Positions 17,675-27,106 of a stretch of 54,957 bases of DNA are shown one piece after another. The stretch is taken from the IMG/VR virus record IMGVR_UViG_3300028586_000752, positions 1-54,957 of that record, one strand, 5' to 3'. Numbering within the stretch: the first letter of the stretch is position 1; every line of letters starts with the position of its first letter. The notes under the pieces were generated by a model. That model did no database searches. It worked only from the letters and a program-made list of their open reading frames with translations, and was not told where the DNA came from. Both the position numbers and the translations under genes were made by a program. This DNA comes from a virus. Lineage: Duplodnaviria; Caudoviricetes.

Positions 17675-17810
17675 TTAACAATCTCTAAGATCAAAAGCTT
17701 TAAAGATAAAACCTTAAGACTAAAAACAAAAACCGGGCGTGCCTGCAGGCGCACGTGGCGACGCGCCACGCCTGCGCCTGCGTGTGTGCGCTCAGGCGCA
17801 CACACGTAAT
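17675..17810. promoter_or_regulatory. Candidate oriT/origin: A-rich repeats plus two adjacent inverted repeats
   Basis: AAGA(T/C)..AAAA repeats ~17687-17732; IR1 17745-17781 (gcaggcgca-cgtggcg / cgccacg-cc-tgcgcctgc); IR2 17781-17806 (cgtgtgtgcgc-tcag-gcgcacacacg); upstream of mob. Confidence 0.5.
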
Positions 17811-17944
17811 AAGGAAAAACCAAAAACCGTGGGCTGCGAAAAACAAATGCACCATAGGAGAATCATGTGAACAGCGATGCCCTTACCGGGCCTCGCAGCG
17901 GCTTCGCCGGCAAACCTGAACACAGCGACCACCATCAAGCTCGA

Positions 17945-18025
17945 TGAAATCTTTCTGAAATCTCATGAAATATTTCACTTGGCTTCATGATGCTGCGCGG
18001 GGGTGAAATCTTTCGAAAGATTTCA
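17945..18025. repeat. TGAAAT-motif cluster including a perfect 22-bp palindrome
   Basis: tgaaatctttc-tgaaatctca-tgaaatatttca (17945-17977); tgaaatctttcgaaagatttca (18004-18025); inverted copy at 16588-16610. Confidence 0.8.
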
Positions 18026-18434
18026 TGCTGACTGCGGCAGCTTTCCCGTGTGCGATGCCGCCTCGTCTTGCTCCACCAGGGCAGAAGTCGGGCCAGCTCC
18101 AGCCCGCCCCGGCCTTTCCGGCGCTGAGGCGCAGCCGATCGCCGCCGACGTCGACGCGCAGCGGCCCGGTCCAAAAGTGCCTTTCGCGCGAAGCGCAGCT
18201 CCGCGCCCCGACATGCTTTGCTAACCAGGTGCGACCGTTCGGCGCCTCATCACAAAAAGAGGCTCGGACTCGTTGCTTTCGCGAGCACCGCGCGATAACT
18301 TGAATTCAAGACGCGAAGGGGCCGCAAGAACAGCGTCGAACAACGAAGCGTGGTCGCTCTCTCTCAAACTCCTCGGTTGTCGCTTCGTATATGCAAAGGG
18401 CTGCTTCGGCAGCCCTGTTTTTTCGGGAGAAGCC

Positions 18435-18983
18435 ATGGCGTCGTTCGCATTCACACTGAACCGACCGCCATTTGGCAAGCAGCGCGCCATCCCGACACGC
18501 CCCCACGGCCGCGGCAAGGCCCGCATGATGACGCCACCGGAGACGAGGGACTACGAAGAGACGATCGCAATGGCCTGCGCCGACGCGATGTCCAAAGCCG
18601 GAATTTGGGAGGCCCTGCAAGGCCCGGTCCGCGTTGACATCGACATGTTCTATGCGATCCCCGAGAGCTGGCCCGAATGGAAAAAGGCGCTCGCCTCCGG
18701 CGAGAAGATGTGGTGCACGGTTCGTCCGGATGAAGATAACGTAACCAAATCGGTTTACGACGGCATGAACGGGGTGGCATACGGGGACGACGCTCAGGTG
18801 GCCGCGGGCGATCGCCGCAAGGTGTATAGCCCATCCCCGCGGGTCGAAGTTCGGGTTTCGCAGCTTGGCCTTTTCGATGGCGACGAGTTCGACGACGGTG
18901 CGGGATACGTGAAGTTGGCTCGCAAAAAGGCCACCGGCCAAGGCGCTGCAGGCCACGAGCCGTGCCCATTCGATGATGGTTGA
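18435..18983 (+). CDS. rusA: RusA-family Holliday junction resolvase
   Basis: PPFGKQR, RPDEDNVTKSVYDGMNGVAYGDDAQV, PRVEVRV. Confidence 0.88.
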   Translation: MASFAFTLNRPPFGKQRAIPTRPHGRGKARMMTPPETRDYEETIAMACADAMSKAGIWEALQGPVRVDIDMFYAIPESWPEWKKALASGEKMWCTVRPDEDNVTKSVYDGMNGVAYGDDAQVAAGDRRKVYSPSPRVEVRVSQLGLFDGDEFDDGAGYVKLARKKATGQGAAGHEPCPFDDG

Positions 18984-19132
18984 CCGGCGAATGGGTGCTG
19001 AATGAGCGATTCGCGACACGCGCTTCGCGACAAGTGTTGACATTCACCGCAAAAGCTTGCGAACCGCTCAGCGTTTGATAGCTTGAGATGCAGACCCCGA
19101 CGAACGGGGCGCAGAAATTTCTCGGAGAAGAA

Positions 19133-19873
19133 ATGACGATCACCGCTGCTTCGCCGCTCAACGAGCGCGAAGAGAACTTCGCCCGCCTCGTCGCCCGTGG
19201 CGAAAACCAAAGCTCCGCTTACGCCATCGCCTACGGCCACGAGTCGAAAGGCGCTCAATCGAAAGCAAACGGCTCCCGCCTCGCGAACAAGCCGAACGTC
19301 CACGCCCGGATCGAATTCTACAAGGCAGCATACGCATCCAAGGTCGCGACGGAGATCGAATACGAGATCAAAGACGCGCTGCACGAGATCAACGATGCGA
19401 TGGCCCTCGCCCGGACGTGCGAGCACCCCACGGCGATGCTTGGCGCGATTCGCTTGAAGTGCGAGCTTAAAGGTCTGATTGGACCGGGCAAGGCGGAGAC
19501 GTCGAAACCGCTCACCGGCGAGGAACTCGACAAATCATTGGCCGGCCTGCTTGGCAAAGTGGATCTTCCTGGGCTTTTGAAGGCAACGGCGCCGGCCTCA
19601 GCCACGCTTGTCAATCAAGTCGCGCCCAAGCCGGCGGCCGCGGCCCCCGAGCTGCCGACGAAGCATGAGCTCATTGAGAAAGCCAAGGCGCTCAACGAGA
19701 CGAATCCGCCGCGACGTGGCGGCCGCACCAAAGAAGAACTCTCGAAAGTGGGGATCGACCCGGTGGCCGAGCGCTTCGTGCTCGAAAAGCCGGAGCAAGC
19801 GAAGGTGCACATGCCTGCTCTTCCGCCTCACATCGCTGCGAAGCTTGGCCTCAAGCCCAAGGCCGGGGAGTAA
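19133..19873 (+). CDS. terS: Terminase small subunit
   Basis: LNEREENFARLVARGENQSSAYAIAY...GSRLANKPNVHARI; directly before TerL. Confidence 0.8.
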   Translation: MTITAASPLNEREENFARLVARGENQSSAYAIAYGHESKGAQSKANGSRLANKPNVHARIEFYKAAYASKVATEIEYEIKDALHEINDAMALARTCEHPTAMLGAIRLKCELKGLIGPGKAETSKPLTGEELDKSLAGLLGKVDLPGLLKATAPASATLVNQVAPKPAAAAPELPTKHELIEKAKALNETNPPRRGGRTKEELSKVGIDPVAERFVLEKPEQAKVHMPALPPHIAAKLGLKPKAGE

Positions 19874-19876
19874 GCC

Positions 19877-21346
19877 ATGGTCCTCGACCTAGTGGACGAC
19901 GACGTCCAAGCGTGGTTGCTTTCGCAGCCGGACGACGTGAAAGCGGAGCTGTATCGCTACATCCTTGAACTCGACGGCCGCCGGCAGCGCAACAAGCTCG
20001 CGGAATACAAGCCGTATCCGAAGCAGCTTGAATTCCACGCGTCGTTGAAGGATTACGACGAGTCGATGCTGCTGGGTTCAAACCAAAGCGGAAAGACGTG
20101 GGCCGGGGCTTACGAGATGGCGATGCACCTGACCGGGCGCTATCCAGACGACTGGCCCGGCCATCGCTTCGACAAGCCGATTGTCGCGATCGCGGGCTCG
20201 GTTACGGGCGAGCTGACGCGCAAGGGTATTCAGCGGATGTTGATCGGCAAGCCCGAGGTTCGCAAGGAATGGGGCACCGGGACGATCCCGTTCGAGTGCT
20301 TCGGTGAGATCACGATGAAGACCGGCGTCAAGCACGCGGTCGACAGCATCTTGGTCAAGCATGTCTCGGGCGAATACTCCGTGCTCAAGCTTCTCTCTTA
20401 TGAGCAGGGCCAAGAGAAGTGGCAAGCGGACACCGTCCATCTTGTGTGGTTCGACGAGGAGCCGCCCTGGGACGTTTACATGGAGGGAATCACGCGGACG
20501 AACGCGACGCGCGGCAAGATCATGATCACGTTCACGCCGCTGCATGGGATGTCCCAAGTCGTGTCGCGTTTCTATCCGAAGCCGCAGGCTTCGAGCTGCG
20601 CTTACGTGCAAATGGGCGTGCAAGACGCGCTGCACTACACGAAAGAAGACATCGCGAAGATGCTCGAAAAATATCCGCCGCACGAGCAGCAAGCGCGAAT
20701 GTATGGCATCCCGCAATTCGGCGAGGGCTTGGTGATCAACCTGCCCGAATCGAGCTACACGATCGACCCATTCCAGATCCCCAAGCATTGGCGCCGTGGC
20801 GGCGGCATCGACTTTGGGGTTTCGCACCCCACGGCGTGTATCGAGATCGTTCACGACACGGACACGGACACGTATTACGTGATCGCTGAATACGTCGAGA
20901 AGGACAAGACGCCAATGATGATCGCCGAGGCTGTGAAGGACTGGGGCAAAGAGCTGCGCTGGTTCTGGCCGCACGATGGGCTCCAGCGCGACAAAGGCTC
21001 GCTGCTGCCGCTGGCGAATCAATATCGCGATCGCGGCATGAAGATGTGGCACGAGCAGGTTTCGCACGAAGAGGGCGGCAACAGTCTCGAAGCCGGCGTC
21101 ATGGAGATCATCGAGATGCTCTCGACGGGCAAGCTCAAAATCTTCAAGACGTGTCAGAAGCTCTTGCAAGAGATGCGGCAGTATCACAGACTAAAAGGGC
21201 TGATCGTCAAGGAAAACGACGACGCGATCTCGGCGATGCGATACGCGATCATGATGCGACGCTTCTTCGCCGCCGACGCTGAGAAGATTCCGGACTGGCA
21301 GAAAAATATCCGCTCCAAGCGGAAGTCGGGCACCTCCGGCTGGTGA
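19877..21346 (+). CDS. terL: Terminase large subunit (P22 gp2-like)
   Basis: YKPYPKQLEFH, GSNQSGKT (Walker A), VWFDEEPP (Walker B), ITFTP, GIDFGVSHPTA, ENDDAISAMRYA. Confidence 0.95.
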   Translation: MVLDLVDDDVQAWLLSQPDDVKAELYRYILELDGRRQRNKLAEYKPYPKQLEFHASLKDYDESMLLGSNQSGKTWAGAYEMAMHLTGRYPDDWPGHRFDKPIVAIAGSVTGELTRKGIQRMLIGKPEVRKEWGTGTIPFECFGEITMKTGVKHAVDSILVKHVSGEYSVLKLLSYEQGQEKWQADTVHLVWFDEEPPWDVYMEGITRTNATRGKIMITFTPLHGMSQVVSRFYPKPQASSCAYVQMGVQDALHYTKEDIAKMLEKYPPHEQQARMYGIPQFGEGLVINLPESSYTIDPFQIPKHWRRGGGIDFGVSHPTACIEIVHDTDTDTYYVIAEYVEKDKTPMMIAEAVKDWGKELRWFWPHDGLQRDKGSLLPLANQYRDRGMKMWHEQVSHEEGGNSLEAGVMEIIEMLSTGKLKIFKTCQKLLQEMRQYHRLKGLIVKENDDAISAMRYAIMMRRFFAADAEKIPDWQKNIRSKRKSGTSGW

Positions 21347-21382
21347 TCAGCGACCCATACAAAAATAAAAACAGGGGACAAG

Positions 21383-23635
21383 ATGGCGAACGCATACGAC
21401 GGCCACCACGGGCACATGGGCGGCCGGCCGAAGGGCATGGAGAAGCTCGACGAGGAAGAGATCGCCCGCCGGCAGTGGGCGCGCTACGAAGCCTCCTTGG
21501 CCCGCGGACATCGCGACTTCTGCTCTCTCGCGAAACTGTGCGAGAACATGTATTTGGGCGGCAAGCGGCAATGGTCCGTCGACGACAAGGCTTACATGGA
21601 AGGCCAAGGCCTTCCGCTCATCGAGTTCAATGCGATCGGCCCCGCCGTCGATTCCGCCGCCGGCTATCAGATCCACAATCGCCTCGAAGTTGCTGCCGTT
21701 CCGGTGGGTGGCCAAGCTGACGCGATGACGGCTGAGGCTCTCTCGAAAGTGCTCAAACAAGTCATGTCGTCGAACGACTACGCCCGCCACGAGACGTCGG
21801 TCTTCATGGACGGCGAAGTTCAGGGTCGCGGCTACTTCGAGATCATCAACGACTACGAAAAAAACGTGATGGGGGCGATCAAGATTCGCACGCTCGACCC
21901 GATGGACGTGATCCCCGATCCGGATGCGAAGAGCTACGATCCGGACGAATGGGGGGATGTGCAAATTCTTCGCTGGATGACGAAGTCGGACATCGCTCAA
22001 AACTACGGCGACGACGTGGCCGAGAAGGTCGCAAACGAAGCCAAGGGCACTCTAAACGCGGACTTCGGCGACAACGATTTCAGCGCGCGTCGCAATCGTT
22101 TCGGCGGCGAGCCCGAGTTCTATTCATACGAATCGCAATACGTCGACGATGAATCGGTGCGGCGCTATCGCGTGATCGATCGTCAATACTTCGTGCGAGA
22201 GCTGAGCCTGTGCGCCGTCTTCAACGAGAACGACTTGCGTGTGGTTGAAGGCCTCTCGGACGAGAAGCTCGCTGAGATCATCGCCCAAGGCGCGACGCTG
22301 ACCAAGCGCGTCATGAAGCGTATCCGCTGGACTGTTACGACGATGTGCTCGGTTCTGTTTGATGGATACAGCCGGTATGAGCATTTCACCGTCGTCCCGT
22401 TCTTCTACAAATTCCGCCGCGGCCTCACCATGGGCATGGTCGAGAATGCGATCGGGCCTCAGGTCGCTTACAACAAGGCGGTCGTGCAGTTCCTTCACAA
22501 CATCAACAGCGCGGCGAACTCCGGCTGGTATGTCCAGGAAGGCTCGCTCAAAAACATGGATGTCGCGGATCTTGAAGATCGCGGCGCCCAGAATGGCTTG
22601 GTGATCGTATACGGGAACGGAATGGATCGGCCGGAAAAGATCACCCCAAACCCCATTCCCCAAGGTATCGCGGAGATGATCAGCATGTCGCAGGCCGCTC
22701 TCAAAGAGAGCACCGTGCCCGATGTGGCCCGTGGCATCGGCGACGGGGTTGAGGTGTCCGGAATCGCTCTGCAAACGAAGCAATTCGCAGCGCAGCAGCA
22801 GCTCGCCATCCCGCTCGACAACTTGGCGCGCACTAGGCAAATGGTTGGTAAGCGGCTGATTTCGATCATCCAGCGCTTCTACACTTACGCGATGGTCATG
22901 CGGATCACTGAGCAAGATCCGAATACGGGCAAGGACGCACAGACGGAGCTCCCGCTGAATCAACCGCAAGAGGACGGGACGACGTTCAATGATCTGTCTG
23001 CGGGCGAATACGACGTGGCGCTGAATGAGCAGCCCACCACGGTCACTTACGGCAATTCGCAATTCCAACAAGTGATGGAGCTCATCACGGCGGGCGTGCC
23101 AATCCCTCCAGACGTGGCTTTGAAATACTCGATGCTTGCGGATAAATACGACATCATGACCCGGATGGTTCAACAGCAGCCGCAACAGGCCCCGGCAGAC
23201 CCCACGCTCGAAGCGAAAGCTGACTTGCTGCGTGCCCAAGCCGCTCAGGCTGCGGCCCAAACCGCGAGCATCCAAGCTGCGACGGTGCAAACCGGCGTCG
23301 AAACGATGTTCACCGCGACCCAAGCCGCGCAAGTCATCACGTCCGTGCCGCAGACCTCGCCGCTGGCGGACAAGCTGCTTGGCTCCGCCGGTTTCATCGA
23401 CAAAGACGCCGCCCCGATCGTGCCAGTTTCGCAGGCTACTTCACCAATCTCGGAGGCCGCCGCGGAAGTGGGACCAGGCGTGTCGTTGCAAATGGCGGCT
23501 CCGGCAGGCATCGGTGGGCAGACCACGCTCGATCCGCGAGCCAACACCAACCCCGAGTTCGCCCCAAAGCCTCAGTCCCCGACGAACGGCATGAATGGCG
23601 GCATTGAAACCCTTCGGCCGGACAGCGTAATGTAA
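21383..23635 (+). CDS. Portal protein (P22-like)
   Basis: 750 aa after TerL; MYLGGKRQW, EFNAIGPAV, PDPDAKSYDPDEW, VSGIALQTKQ. Confidence 0.85.
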   Translation: MANAYDGHHGHMGGRPKGMEKLDEEEIARRQWARYEASLARGHRDFCSLAKLCENMYLGGKRQWSVDDKAYMEGQGLPLIEFNAIGPAVDSAAGYQIHNRLEVAAVPVGGQADAMTAEALSKVLKQVMSSNDYARHETSVFMDGEVQGRGYFEIINDYEKNVMGAIKIRTLDPMDVIPDPDAKSYDPDEWGDVQILRWMTKSDIAQNYGDDVAEKVANEAKGTLNADFGDNDFSARRNRFGGEPEFYSYESQYVDDESVRRYRVIDRQYFVRELSLCAVFNENDLRVVEGLSDEKLAEIIAQGATLTKRVMKRIRWTVTTMCSVLFDGYSRYEHFTVVPFFYKFRRGLTMGMVENAIGPQVAYNKAVVQFLHNINSAANSGWYVQEGSLKNMDVADLEDRGAQNGLVIVYGNGMDRPEKITPNPIPQGIAEMISMSQAALKESTVPDVARGIGDGVEVSGIALQTKQFAAQQQLAIPLDNLARTRQMVGKRLISIIQRFYTYAMVMRITEQDPNTGKDAQTELPLNQPQEDGTTFNDLSAGEYDVALNEQPTTVTYGNSQFQQVMELITAGVPIPPDVALKYSMLADKYDIMTRMVQQQPQQAPADPTLEAKADLLRAQAAQAAAQTASIQAATVQTGVETMFTATQAAQVITSVPQTSPLADKLLGSAGFIDKDAAPIVPVSQATSPISEAAAEVGPGVSLQMAAPAGIGGQTTLDPRANTNPEFAPKPQSPTNGMNGGIETLRPDSVM

Positions 23636-23701
23636 AGCTGTGAGAGAGGCGGGATTTCCCGCCCATGCGACAGCACTCCGCACCGAACACAACAAGGAGA
23701 A

Positions 23702-24751
23702 ATGATGAGCCGCTACGACAACATCGAGATGACCGACGAAGACTTGGCTTTGCTTGGCGGCCCGGGAAGCGATGCGACTTCCAGCGCAGCCCCGGCCGCG
23801 GTCGAGCCAGCGCAGCCCGCTGCTAAATCGGAGGCTGATGCAGCCGCCGAAGCAGAAGCTGCCGCCACGGCCGAAGCTGAGGCGCAAGCGGCTGCGGATG
23901 CGGATGCCGAAGCTTCCGCTACTGCCGCCGCAGCGGAAGAGGAGGGCGACGACCAAGGCGAAGCCAAGCCGGAAAAGCCAGCGAAGAAAAACAAGGGCGG
24001 CTATTCGGTGCCGAACTGGCGTCTCGCCGAGGTGGCGGAAGAGCGCGATCGCGAGCGCCGCGAGAAAGCCGCGCTGCAAGCTGAGCTGGAAGCATTGAAG
24101 AAAACGGCGGGCAAGCCGGCTGAAAAGGCCGAGCCCGAGTTCGACTTCGACGCGGCCGAGGAACAGGTCGCTCTGCTGCTGATCGAGAATAATCCGAAAG
24201 AAGCGGCGAAGATCCAAAAGCAGATCCGCGAGGAGATCAAGAAGCAGACCAGGGCGGAGGCTTTGGCTGAGTCGGAGGCTGCGTGGAATCAGCGCGAAGC
24301 TGAGCGCACCGCCGCCGCGGAGAGCGTGGCGTTCGCGAACGCTGTCAAATCTGCGTATGAAGCCTACCCCGAGCTTGATGAGAGCTCGGACGACGCCAAC
24401 GAAGAGGCGATCGGCGCTGTGATCAAGTATGCCGATCGCTTCAAAAAGGCCGGCATGCCGAGCTCCGAGGCGTTGACCGAAGCCGTGGAGATGGTGATGG
24501 CGATGGCGAAGTTTGCGAAGCCCGCGCCGGCTGCGAAGCCCGCCCCCGCAGCCACGAAGAAGCCTGCTGGCCCCACCAAAGAGCAGGTCCAAGCGGCGGT
24601 GGAAGCAGCGAAGAGCCAGCCGCCCTCAACGTCGCAAGCCGGCGTCGGAAACCGCGCCGCGCCGGTCGCTCGCGACTTCTCGAAGCTGAGTCAGAATGAC
24701 ATCGCAAACATGTCGAAAGACGACATGGACAAGCATCTCGCGGGGCTGTAA
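23702..24751 (+). CDS. Scaffolding protein
   Basis: Ala/Glu-rich coiled coil between portal and capsid; VPNWRLAEV, YEAYPELD, C-terminal short helices. Confidence 0.7.
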   Translation: MMSRYDNIEMTDEDLALLGGPGSDATSSAAPAAVEPAQPAAKSEADAAAEAEAAATAEAEAQAAADADAEASATAAAAEEEGDDQGEAKPEKPAKKNKGGYSVPNWRLAEVAEERDRERREKAALQAELEALKKTAGKPAEKAEPEFDFDAAEEQVALLLIENNPKEAAKIQKQIREEIKKQTRAEALAESEAAWNQREAERTAAAESVAFANAVKSAYEAYPELDESSDDANEEAIGAVIKYADRFKKAGMPSSEALTEAVEMVMAMAKFAKPAPAAKPAPAATKKPAGPTKEQVQAAVEAAKSQPPSTSQAGVGNRAAPVARDFSKLSQNDIANMSKDDMDKHLAGL

Positions 24752-25013
24752 TCCGCGCGAATCTTTGGCAAAAAAACGTTTGACGAGTTGTTGATTTCAT
24801 GTAAGCCCGGCGATAAGCTGGGCTTACGTTTTGAAGAGCCTTGGTCTCTATAACCCATGCCATCGCCGGGCGGTCGGCGAAAAACAACCGTGAGGGTCGC
24901 ACCCTTGGCGCAATGCCTAAACAGTCGATTTGAGCCGCAGGCAGCGGCGGAAAAAACATGCCGGTGGCCTCGCGCCAAACAAAAACAAACTCAAATCCAC
25001 TGGAGACAATTCC

Positions 25014-26129
25014 ATGTTTACCCCCTTGGGCGCGCTGCAAGGCGAAGCCAAAAAAGCTTGGCTGAAAAGCGCTGTCAAACCGTTCCGTCAGCGGAGCGAA
25101 CTCGCAAAATACATGGGCGCTGGCGAGAACAGCCTCATCCAAACCGTCAACGAACTGACCCCCACCAACAAAGGTTCCGTGGCTCGCATCGGCCTGGTCG
25201 CCGACTTGAACGGCACCGGCGTGGTTGGCGACAACCAGTTGGAAGGTCGCGAAGAAGCGATGGACGCAATGTGGGTTGAGATCGAAATCGACCAACTGCG
25301 CAACGGCACTGTGTCGAAAGGCCGGATGGACGATCAAAACTCGGTCTTCGAGTTCCGCTCGCAAGCCCGCGACAAGCTGGGCTACTGGCGCGCTCGCATC
25401 TTCGACGAGCTGTTGATCTCGACCGCCTCCGGCATCAGCTACTCGCTGAACATGGACGGCTCGCCGCGCCTCTACAGCAACCAGGATCAACTGTCGTCGT
25501 TGCAATTCGCGAAATACGTTACCCCTCCAAGCTCGGGTCGCCACTTCGTTGTCGACGGCAACGGCAACTTCGTGAACGGCGACCAGTCGGCGATCACGCC
25601 CGCCTCGGTGCTGAGCTACAAAGTGATGGTGGCGTTGAAAGCCGAAGCCATCACCCGCGGGATCAAGCCGATCATCGCTGGCGGTCGCGAGTTCCACCTC
25701 TTCCTGTGCCATCCGAAAGCGCTGGCTCAGCTCAAGACCGACAAGGACTACTTGGCGTCGGTGCAGAACGGCGCTGAGCGCGGCATGGACAACCCGATCT
25801 TCACCGGCGCGACCGTTACCGTCGATGGCTTGGTGATCGCTCACTCGATGCGCGTCTTCAACACCTCCGGCGCCGCCAACGGCTCGAAGTGGGGTGCGGC
25901 CGGCGCAGTCAACGGGACCCGCTCGCTCTTGCTCGGCGCCCAAGCGCTGGCAGTGGCCGACCTGTGGGAGAACGGCGACTGGGAAGAAGAGAAGCGCGAT
26001 ATGGGCAACAAAGCCGCAATCGCCATGTCGATGATGTTCGGCATCTTGAAGCCAAGCTTCAAGTCGTTCTTCGACGGCAACACCACGCAAGACTTCGGCG
26101 TCATGGTGTTGGATCACTACATCGCCTAA
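25014..26129 (+). CDS. Major capsid protein, N4-gp56/DUF4043 family
   Basis: GVVGDNQLEGREEAM, IEIDQLRNG, FRSQARDKLGYW, DNPIFTG, LLLGAQAL, QDFGV; GGAG SD, ATG 25014. Confidence 0.88.
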   Translation: MFTPLGALQGEAKKAWLKSAVKPFRQRSELAKYMGAGENSLIQTVNELTPTNKGSVARIGLVADLNGTGVVGDNQLEGREEAMDAMWVEIEIDQLRNGTVSKGRMDDQNSVFEFRSQARDKLGYWRARIFDELLISTASGISYSLNMDGSPRLYSNQDQLSSLQFAKYVTPPSSGRHFVVDGNGNFVNGDQSAITPASVLSYKVMVALKAEAITRGIKPIIAGGREFHLFLCHPKALAQLKTDKDYLASVQNGAERGMDNPIFTGATVTVDGLVIAHSMRVFNTSGAANGSKWGAAGAVNGTRSLLLGAQALAVADLWENGDWEEEKRDMGNKAAIAMSMMFGILKPSFKSFFDGNTTQDFGVMVLDHYIA

Positions 26130-26137
26130 CAGCGAAG

Positions 26138-26157
26138 GCCCCGGCTTCGGCCGGGGC
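26138..26157 (+). terminator. cUUCGg hairpin after the capsid gene (weak terminator or stability element)
   Basis: gccccggc-ttcg-gccggggc with no strong U-tract; similar hairpins at ~27067-27084 and ~44701-44724. Confidence 0.55.
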
Positions 26158-26205
26158 TTGATGTGGTTCTGAACGACTCGCTCAACTCTCTCAAGGAACA
26201 AAAAA

Positions 26206-26610
26206 ATGGCAATCAAACTCAACTTCGCTCGGCAGTTCACGAAAGTGGCCTATGTCGAAGTCGCGGCTGCCGACTTGGCCGGCCTGTCCGGACAAGCTCA
26301 AATCGCGATCAAGCTTCCTCCTGGCAGCATCGTTACCGGCGGCGCGCTGGTCGTTACCACCGCCTTCAACTCGGCGACTTCCGACGCCCTCGTGGTCGGG
26401 GATGCTTCGGTGGCTAACCGCTACTTGGCCTCGACCTCGATCGCCGCTGCTGGCCGCACCGCTTTGACCGCGCCAGGATTCGTTACCGCTGGCGGTCAGC
26501 CTGCGATCAACGTGACGTGGACTGGTGTCGGCGCCGCGCCGTCCGCCGGATCTTTCCGTCTTGAAGTGCATTACATCGGCCGCGGCGTTGCCGACTTCAC
26601 CCAAGACTGA
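26206..26610 (+). CDS. Capsid-associated/decoration-like structural protein
   Basis: Beta-rich IKLPPGSIVTGGALVVTTAFNS, right after the capsid gene. Confidence 0.65.
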   Translation: MAIKLNFARQFTKVAYVEVAAADLAGLSGQAQIAIKLPPGSIVTGGALVVTTAFNSATSDALVVGDASVANRYLASTSIAAAGRTALTAPGFVTAGGQPAINVTWTGVGAAPSAGSFRLEVHYIGRGVADFTQD

Positions 26611-26668
26611 TAGCGTCTTCTGAGGGGGTGGGTTTGCGCCCACCCCTTCATCTATCAGGGGAGAAGAC

Positions 26669-27058
26669 ATGAGCGCTGAAAAACAAAAAATGGAACCCAA
26701 AACCTATTTCTCGACGACTGGCTTGACGGTCCCCGTGTGGGACGACACCGGCATGCACGTCGCGCACGTCAAGCCCGAGGGCACCGAGCTTCACCCACGG
26801 TTTTGGGTGAACGCACTGCGCCAAGGCTGCACCACCGAAGGATTCGAGTTGAAGACCGCCGCGCAGTTCATCCCGGCCGACCCGCTCGATGACTTGAAAA
26901 GCATCATCATGGGCATGGTGAGTAACCCCCAAGACGGCGACTTCACTGTGGCTGGACTGCCCGATCTGCGCAGCTTGCAAAAGCTGGCCGGCTACAAAGT
27001 GTCGCGCGAGGAGATGCTCGCGGCGTGGGAGCTGGTTCAAAAGCAGTTGGCGGAGTAA
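26669..27058 (+). CDS. Hypothetical head-region protein
   Basis: SD+ATG; C-terminal DFTVAGLPDLRSLQKLAGYKVSREEMLAAW module. Confidence 0.65.
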   Translation: MSAEKQKMEPKTYFSTTGLTVPVWDDTGMHVAHVKPEGTELHPRFWVNALRQGCTTEGFELKTAAQFIPADPLDDLKSIIMGMVSNPQDGDFTVAGLPDLRSLQKLAGYKVSREEMLAAWELVQKQLAE

Positions 27059-27106
27059 AGCAAGCCGGGCCGCTTCGGCGGCCCTTCTAATTTCTTGGAG
27101 GACGAG

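Noticed and set aside
17491-17823. N-terminal extension of the relaxase ORF to 17823
   Set aside because: It translates the hairpin and A-rich region into implausible sequence; a good SD precedes ATG 17490.
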